Part shown: positions 58,409 to 64,000 of the stretch, piece after piece
How the letters are laid out: each line of letters starts with the position of its first letter
How positions within the stretch are numbered: the first letter of the stretch is position 1
Assembly (NCBI GenBank): GCA_963741725.1
Contig: CAVUJC010000011.1
Span: forward strand, 126,524-190,523
Length of the DNA: 64,000 bases
Direction of reading: 5' to 3'
From: an uncultured Alphaproteobacteria bacterium
GTDB lineage: Bacteria > Pseudomonadota > Alphaproteobacteria > Micropepsales > Micropepsaceae
The notes under the pieces: generated by a model
What the model saw: the letters and a program-made list of their open reading frames with translations, nothing else
Databases searched by the model: none
What the model was told of the DNA's origin: nothing
Program-made: the position numbers and the translations under genes

Positions 58409-58726
58409 ATGCCAAAGCGATTGCTTTTTGCAGCACTCCTTTGCCCCATGCTTGTCGGTTGCGGAAGGACGAGTGACGTTCTAGCGATGGAAGACGGGAG
58501 CTACTTGGTCGCCGCGAGCAGCACTCCTCTTTGGGAAGAGCCCTCGGACGCAATCGACGCGGTCCATCGCAAAGCACAAACCTTTTGCGATAGTAAAGGC
58601 TTACGCACTGTGGACATCAACAGTCGGGACAGTCGTAGCGAAGCAGTATCTGGTTACTCGGGCAGTAGCGGAGGTACCGGCATGTTTGCAGCCGGGAGCA
58701 CGAGCCTGAATTTTAAATGCATCTGA
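58409..58726 (+). CDS. Small lipoprotein
   Basis: MPKRLLFAALLCPMLVGC lipobox; FCDSKG...LNFKC disulfide pattern. Confidence 0.65.
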   Translation: MPKRLLFAALLCPMLVGCGRTSDVLAMEDGSYLVAASSTPLWEEPSDAIDAVHRKAQTFCDSKGLRTVDINSRDSRSEAVSGYSGSSGGTGMFAAGSTSLNFKCI

Positions 58727-58835
58727 GCGGCCCACATGTCTCGACCTTAGGCGCAGAGTGGACGATTGGTTCGCGAAATCGAACGACCTCAGTTCAACTT
58801 CCGAACGAAATTCGATGGAGGCGGAGTACCATTAA

Positions 58836-59870
58836 TTAGCGATCGGTTATTCTCAAATCCTGCACGCTCGCCGAACCGACGCTCCTTTGAAAAACGGAAT
58901 TGGCGATCAGCCAAAGACGCACGACCTTTACGGGTGGCGAACCGTACAGCTCTAGCGTGTCATCCCAAAGGTTTCGGCGTTCGTCGTACCAGGCACCCAG
59001 TTTGTCGCCGCGGGTGCGAATGACCCAGTGCGTCTCGCGATCACACCAAAAGCTCAAAGGGCAGGAAAATACGTAGTTATTAGGTAGACCTGCCGACCAC
59101 ATATACGTCAGATCCCTTCCATCGTCGAATTCAACTGCGACGGCCAGATAGTCATGGGTCAAGGAGAGGTCTTCAGCTAGTTGCGAAGGCAAACGATTGA
59201 CGAGCCAACTCCATTCCACTTGGGTGCCAGGCGAAATGGGATGATCGACCTCAGTTTGCAATATCCCAACATCGCCATGAGTTTGAATATTTATACGGCC
59301 CCCAGCGCCACGCGAGTAGATTGTTCCGTCACCAAGACGCCAAAGGTAGCTCCAATTTGGAGGGTTACTGATATTGGTAGCTGGCCTTTCCGTTGATTCG
59401 ACGCGCACACGAATTTGGCCCGACGCCGAGGCTCGATGCTGCGAAGGGATTTCGCCGGAGCGAGACGACCACTCAGTCCCGCCCTTTAGGAAGACTTCGA
59501 CTTCTCCACTGGCCCAAGCCGAAAATATCTGATCGTTGTCAACCAGCTTGGCAATGCGCTGCGTACCTGAAATCCGTACCCAAAGCGAGGCGCGAGGTTC
59601 CAGAACAATGCTGAGTGGTCGCGAGAGCCAAATCGCACCGCGTGCCGAAACGGCAAAGTTAGCTCCCGCGGTGACGAATACGCCCGTTGGTTTCCAATCG
59701 CTCTCCCCCGCATTCAAACCGATTGTTGGAGCGTCTACCGTGAATGGCAATGACTCAACTTCTTCGATCTCAAGTGCGATCCGTTCTCGTGACTTCACCT
59801 GTTGTGCAACAAAGCGAAGGAACGTCAGCGCTCGAGAAAGCTCACCGCGCGGTGTCACCATTGTCATCAC
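58836..59870 (-). CDS. DUF3047 domain protein with N-terminal lectin-like domain
   Basis: C-terminal VEWSWLVNRLP, HDYLAVAVEFDDGRDLTYMWS, IANSVFQR; N-terminal WKPTGVFVTAGANFAVSARG. Confidence 0.7.
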   Translation of the reverse strand: MMTMVTPRGELSRALTFLRFVAQQVKSRERIALEIEEVESLPFTVDAPTIGLNAGESDWKPTGVFVTAGANFAVSARGAIWLSRPLSIVLEPRASLWVRISGTQRIAKLVDNDQIFSAWASGEVEVFLKGGTEWSSRSGEIPSQHRASASGQIRVRVESTERPATNISNPPNWSYLWRLGDGTIYSRGAGGRINIQTHGDVGILQTEVDHPISPGTQVEWSWLVNRLPSQLAEDLSLTHDYLAVAVEFDDGRDLTYMWSAGLPNNYVFSCPLSFWCDRETHWVIRTRGDKLGAWYDERRNLWDDTLELYGSPPVKVVRLWLIANSVFQRSVGSASVQDLRITDR

Positions 59871-60985
59871 CGAGTATTGCCGAGTGCACCAACCATGTGT
59901 GACGAACCTCGAAGACCGAGTGCTAGGGGCTCTCCAGTGTCGACGGTCGCGAGATCGCGACCAAGTACGGCGTCGGGACCGTCTCTTGTTGGAGCAGTCA
60001 TAACCCGGAATAGCCGCACACCGACATACGGACTGAAATGTACCAAATCGACATAGTTTGCGTTTTGCCCCCCAATGAACGGTGACGTCGTAATGACATT
60101 GCGCTGCATGAAGTCGAACAGCGAGACATTTCTCTTGCAGACGGAGTTGTGCCTGCGCACTTCGTTCAACGCGGTTGCTTTAAACGCAAAAAAACCAGCG
60201 CTGTCGTTTGCCTCGTAGCGGGCGATGACGGCTGCGTTATCAGGAGGAAAGAACGCAATCAGCCGAACTGGTTTGTTGCATACGCTTCTCAAGGTGGTGA
60301 GCAGCTCTTGATGGCCGAGCGGAGACAAACGCATAAACCGTGTATTGCGATATTTCAAATCCTTCTGAAAATCATCCAGCGTCATCACGCTATATGCGCC
60401 AAATAGGTCTGGTCGATCCGAGGCCGCTTCGCCTTGTCTCATCTGAGCCAGCACTGTCAGGCCCAGTATGTGCATGCCGGTCGCCCCACCGCTCAAATAC
60501 CGTGTTGCGTTTAGCCAGATTGAGCGGTGAAGTGTTGGCGCGCCGTCTGCCGATACTGCGAGGCGCAATTCATCAAAGCCGGGTCCAGGCCTGCGTGCGG
60601 GGTTTTCATCTGAAAATGGATCAAGCGCGAGCACTATGAGCTTGACTGAGGGCTGTGCCGCGGCGTCTTGGACAAAGCGACGCGTTTCATACGCGCTAAC
60701 GCTCGAGAAGCCGTAATTGAAGCTGTGCACGGCAAAGGAGCGGTCGATCAAAGATGGATCAAATCCGTAGCGAACGCGGCTCGAACCTACAAAGACAACA
60801 TTTGGAGCAATTGAATTGAGCCAAGCAGGCTTTATGACGCGTTCAAATCCTGAAATCGTCTGAAGGCTGTGACCTTCGGGGTGGCGAAGTATGAATCGAT
60901 CGGCGAGAGCATTGAATGTGACAATGCCAAAAAGCGCGAATGCTACAGTCGCGAGAAACCAAAGGTGATAAGTTGATCGTGTCAC
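59867..60985 (-). CDS. Membrane-anchored SGNH-hydrolase-like protein (MBOAT partner)
   Basis: N-terminal TM, VFVGSSRVRYGFDP block I, YNFG-like SFNYG, YVDLVHF D-x-x-H; directly downstream of MBOAT. Confidence 0.6.
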   Translation of the reverse strand: MTRSTYHLWFLATVAFALFGIVTFNALADRFILRHPEGHSLQTISGFERVIKPAWLNSIAPNVVFVGSSRVRYGFDPSLIDRSFAVHSFNYGFSSVSAYETRRFVQDAAAQPSVKLIVLALDPFSDENPARRPGPGFDELRLAVSADGAPTLHRSIWLNATRYLSGGATGMHILGLTVLAQMRQGEAASDRPDLFGAYSVMTLDDFQKDLKYRNTRFMRLSPLGHQELLTTLRSVCNKPVRLIAFFPPDNAAVIARYEANDSAGFFAFKATALNEVRRHNSVCKRNVSLFDFMQRNVITTSPFIGGQNANYVDLVHFSPYVGVRLFRVMTAPTRDGPDAVLGRDLATVDTGEPLALGLRGSSHMVGALGNTR

Positions 60986-60988
60986 GGA

Positions 60989-62470
60989 CTAGAACTGGAA
61001 GTAGATAAAAGGACTGAGATTTGAGAGCGCCAGCACCCCGACGATGCAGAGTACCGCGTATAGCAGGGCATTGCGAATGTTTGGCTGCCAAGCAAGCCAA
61101 CCCGCTGACTTCGGCATATAATTTCTCTCGGGCGACAGTGCAGGTCGAAAGGCCCATGTAATTTCCATACTATTGGGGGCCAACCAGACAATCCCGAACA
61201 TTGCGGCCAGCGCCACCACTGCAAGCGGCGAGAACGTCACTAAGTGCGAATGTCCGAAGCCAACAAGTCCTTGCAAAACTCGGATCGCACCTCCCACGGT
61301 CTGAGCGCGGAATACAACCCAGGCCACACTCACGGCAAGAAACGTAAATAAAACTGAGAATGGGTGCAAAATCGACTGAAACACCGGCCGGGGTGTAAGT
61401 GATCCTTTCCCTATGGCCTCGCGGAACAAATGATTAACAGTCAGATAGACACCATGCAGACCGCCCCAAAGCACGAACGTCCAATTGGCTCCGTGCCAAA
61501 GCCCTCCAAGGAGCATGGTTAGCAAAAGATTCAAGTAACGGCGCAGATGACCGCGGCGATTTCCGCCAAGTGGAATGTAGAGATAATCTTTCAGGAACAG
61601 TGACAATGACATGTGCCAGCGGCGCCAAAATTCTATCGCGCTGGAAGCTTTGTAAGGCGAGTTGAAATTGAACGGTAGACGGATGCCGAAAAGACAGGAA
61701 GAGCCAAGGGCCATGTCGGTGTAGCCCGAAAAGTCAAAGTAAATCTGAAAACCAAAAAACAAAGTTCCGAGCCAAGCGTCTGAGATACCCAGATGCGAGC
61801 CTTGTTGGGCTGCGCTGAAAATCGTGTCGGTATAGGGCGCAAGGTTGTCGGCTATCAGAGTCTTCTTGGCTAGGCCAATCGTGAAGAGAGTGGTTCCGAC
61901 CGAAATGTCGTCACTTCGCTGATTGGGAGTGCGGGTTTCCCGAAATTGAGGAATGAGGTCGTTGTGCCGAACAATGGGACCCGCGATGAGGTGGGGAAAG
62001 TAGCTCACGAAGAGTGCGTAGTCGACGACCGAATAACGTGGTGCATGGCCGCGGCTGGCATCAATCAGATAGCTGATCTGTTCGAACGTGAAGAATGAGA
62101 TCGCCAGCGGCAGAAAGAGGTGCGGAATAGGGTAATTCAGTCCGAATAGATCGTCTGCCGTGCCTACGAAGAGGTCTTGATACTTGAAAATCGCGATCAG
62201 GCCTAGATTGAATACAAGTCCAACTTGCAAGAGCCCGTGCAACTTCCGTCCGCTTGCGACGCGTTTCGTGATCCAATCTCCGAGGCAATAATTGACGATT
62301 GTCGAGCCTAAAAGAAGAACCAGAAAGTCAAGCCGCCACCAAGCGTAAAAGGCGTAAGACACCACCACGAGAAACGGACGCTTTGCGGATGGAGTGGACT
62401 TTTCGATTAGACTGTAACCGATGGCCACAACGACCAAAAAAGCGAGATAGGGGTGCGAGTTAAAAAGCAT
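60989..62470 (-). CDS. MBOAT family O-acyltransferase (AlgI/DltB/PatA-like)
   Basis: MLFNS start, PLAISFFTFEQISY, FPHLIAGPIVR, YFDFSGYTDMA, FWRRWHMSLS, GGLWHGANWTF. Confidence 0.92.
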   Translation of the reverse strand: MLFNSHPYLAFLVVVAIGYSLIEKSTPSAKRPFLVVVSYAFYAWWRLDFLVLLLGSTIVNYCLGDWITKRVASGRKLHGLLQVGLVFNLGLIAIFKYQDLFVGTADDLFGLNYPIPHLFLPLAISFFTFEQISYLIDASRGHAPRYSVVDYALFVSYFPHLIAGPIVRHNDLIPQFRETRTPNQRSDDISVGTTLFTIGLAKKTLIADNLAPYTDTIFSAAQQGSHLGISDAWLGTLFFGFQIYFDFSGYTDMALGSSCLFGIRLPFNFNSPYKASSAIEFWRRWHMSLSLFLKDYLYIPLGGNRRGHLRRYLNLLLTMLLGGLWHGANWTFVLWGGLHGVYLTVNHLFREAIGKGSLTPRPVFQSILHPFSVLFTFLAVSVAWVVFRAQTVGGAIRVLQGLVGFGHSHLVTFSPLAVVALAAMFGIVWLAPNSMEITWAFRPALSPERNYMPKSAGWLAWQPNIRNALLYAVLCIVGVLALSNLSPFIYFQF

Positions 62471-63156
62471 TTGCAGCGGGCTTTTTTTGGGGCGCCTGGG
62501 CGCCAAAATTGAGAAGATAAAGCCAAACGCGAACGGTGCTCGAAGCGGATTCGTTCAAGAATATTTCCCCCGCTCATTTGACGAACCCGCCCACGCCCAT
62601 AGTTTTATGAAATTCAAATCGAGCTGGCGGGCACACAACTCAGAATGACCCGCGCTGTATACAACGTGCTTCGCAAGACGCTGAAATCCAACGCTCGCGC
62701 GAGTCAATACCAAATCACGCCATAGTGCGCCAAAATATTAGTTAGTTCTAGGTAGTGCCTGCGCGTTTGGTATTTATTCCGCTTAAAGTGAGCACTTTTG
62801 GACAATTGCCGACATGCCGGAGCTGATCGGTGTTGAGCTCAGGCTGGAAAATGACGGCGAAAATCGCTCAGGCTTTGTTCCGCGTCAATTTAAGGAATAG
62901 AGAATTGGTTCGCCTGTTTCAAAACGATTAGGCTCGCTTGGGACTTACGGGGATCGACATACTCAGCCATGCAGGGGACGCAGCGAAGTTTCCTCTACAA
63001 CTATTTCTCCACGCGTGACATGTACAGACAAATACGCAGAAACAAGATTCGTAAGGCTCGGCTGGACGTGCAAAGCTTTCTTGAGTTCTGACGATGTCTC
63101 CGCTAATCCGCGCCGCCGAGTACTGTGCCAGTTTCGGCATTGCGCTGTCGCCTGAT

Positions 63157-63413
63157 TTGCGTGCTTTGTTTGTTTTTGCCGCCGTGACTTTTTTTGGCCG
63201 CCGATAGCCTCAGCCGCCGAGTGCGATTTGGCGGCCGCCGATGCTGCTCAAGCCGGCACAGGCTGCGCTCGCGCCTGGATCGACAAAAATCTTCACGCGA
63301 ATGACATTGTCACCGTTGGCACGCAGAACAGCTACAAAGAAGCAATCCCCGAAAAGATCATCACTCTCATACGAATGGGAGATCGAAAAGCAGCCAAGAG
63401 CCTCGACTACTCT
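63157..63413 (+). pseudogene. 5' remnant of a PI-PLC gene homologous to 13457-14626
   Basis: 44/58 aa identical to resident PI-PLC N-terminus; frame offset at T7 run 63189-95; GTHNSY changed to GTQNSY; homology stops at about 63413. Confidence 0.8.
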
Positions 63414-63594
63414 CGAGCTGTGCGTCTATCTGGGCTCTGGCTAAATTCATGGCGTCGTTGAGCGACCCCTCAATGATACCAGTTGCCACCCGCAATCCTT
63501 GGACCGAAAGCGGCGGCCGAACGACCCACTTCCAACGGCCTTTGTCGATTCCTTCGACCGAGTAGGAAATGCCTTTGTGCGTCCGTGAGCTCAT
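63367..63594 (-). CDS. Small hypothetical protein
   Basis: MSSRTHKGISYSVEGIDKGRWKWVV...ARAQIDAQL; 3' end reads into PLC remnant. Confidence 0.5.
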   Translation of the reverse strand: MSSRTHKGISYSVEGIDKGRWKWVVRPPLSVQGLRVATGIIEGSLNDAMNLARAQIDAQLESSRGSWLLFDLPFV

Positions 63595-63686
63595 CCTGAA
63601 ATATAAGATTGGTCCGACAGGGCGCGCAACAAAAACTTCACACAATTGTCACAGCAAGTGGTGCCCCAGACCGGTGTGTCCTGGGC

Positions 63687-64000
63687 CTAAGTCGCCTCAG
63701 GTACAAGCAGCCAGTTGAAAAGCGCATATGCAGCAATCGCTCCCACGAACTGAGCTGCAATGAAGGCGGGTGCTGAGGTTGGCGCTATCCCCGCAAATGT
63801 ATTCGATAAGCTTCGGGCAACAGTGACAGCTGGATTTGCGAAGGACGTTGAGGCGGTGAACCAATAGGCGGCGGTGATATAGAGGCCAACAGCGATTGGG
63901 GTCGTTTCCGCTCGGAAACGCTGAGTGCCCAAGATCGTAGCAATCAGCCCAGATGTGGCAATGAACTCGGAAAACGCCTGCGCCGGTCCGTCACGCAGTT
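63687..64000 (-). CDS. MIP/aquaporin family channel (AqpS-like), 5' part outside window
   Basis: GPAQAFSEFIATSGL, AYWFTASTSFANPAVTVARSLSNTFAGI (second NPA). Confidence 0.85.
   Translation of the reverse strand, partial: LRDGPAQAFSEFIATSGLIATILGTQRFRAETTPIAVGLYITAAYWFTASTSFANPAVTVARSLSNTFAGIAPTSAPAFIAAQFVGAIAAYALFNWLLVPEAT

Larger units (their letters stand above)
58098..64000. mobile_element. Putative genomic island, left part (continues beyond window)
   Basis: Begins at att-like fragment; spot GC counts 47-58% versus about 65-72% in core genes; accessory cargo and a gene remnant; no integrase in window. Confidence 0.55.

Noticed and set aside
58816-58830. tRNA-Cys-like 3' fragment (TGGAGGCGGAGTACC)
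   Set aside because: Only 11 nt fit an acceptor end and the invariant C61 is absent; likely chance
62785-62798. Palindrome AAAGTG-AG-CACTTT in the AT-rich region upstream of the MBOAT gene
   Set aside because: Short, single, more than 300 bp from the start codon and no cognate regulator nearby
62969-63055. 28-codon ORF MQGTQRSFLYNYFSTRDMYRQIRRNKIR
   Set aside because: Too short, no RBS or recognisable motif to support it
1-64000. CRISPR array, rRNA, IS transposase, integrase, phage genes
   Set aside because: No regularly spaced repeats or recognisable motifs found on either strand

Overview
GC-rich alphaproteobacterial chromosomal segment. Codon style, chpT/eipA/cheY-cheR, a CtrA box and a cobalamin riboswitch point to an Alphaproteobacterium; finer taxonomy cannot be fixed from sequence alone. 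About 65 genes. Positions 1-46.5 kb are mostly housekeeping, lipid and envelope genes: acyl-CoA dehydrogenases with thiolase/OB-fold, SRAP, two ABC-F, Kdo hydroxylase, patatin, MlaEFD plus lipoprotein, PI-PLC, tRNA-Ser(CGA), rlmJ, a DUF2089 operon, coaA-like, tRNA-Leu(CAA), bioD/bioBA, purH, B12 riboswitch-btuB, a single-chain acyl-CoA carboxylase, cheR-cheY-chpT, cysQ, NfeD/SPFH, eipA and a stand-alone secF. Positions 46.5-58 kb hold accessory metabolic and transport genes. At 58080-58097 an 18-nt copy of a tRNA-Glu 3' end (minus strand) looks like the att scar of an integrated island that runs off the right edge. Its cargo is a lipoprotein, a lectin-like/DUF3047 protein, an SGNH-like plus MBOAT O-acyltransferase pair, a decayed homologue of the resident PI-PLC gene and an aquaporin. 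Four genes are each broken by a single extra base in a short homopolymer, most likely sequencing indels. No CRISPR array, rRNA, transposase or integrase is visible. I see no clear-cut new system; the best leads are the tRNA-Glu island with its glycan-acylation cargo, the DUF2089 regulatory module and the phospholipid-handling cluster.
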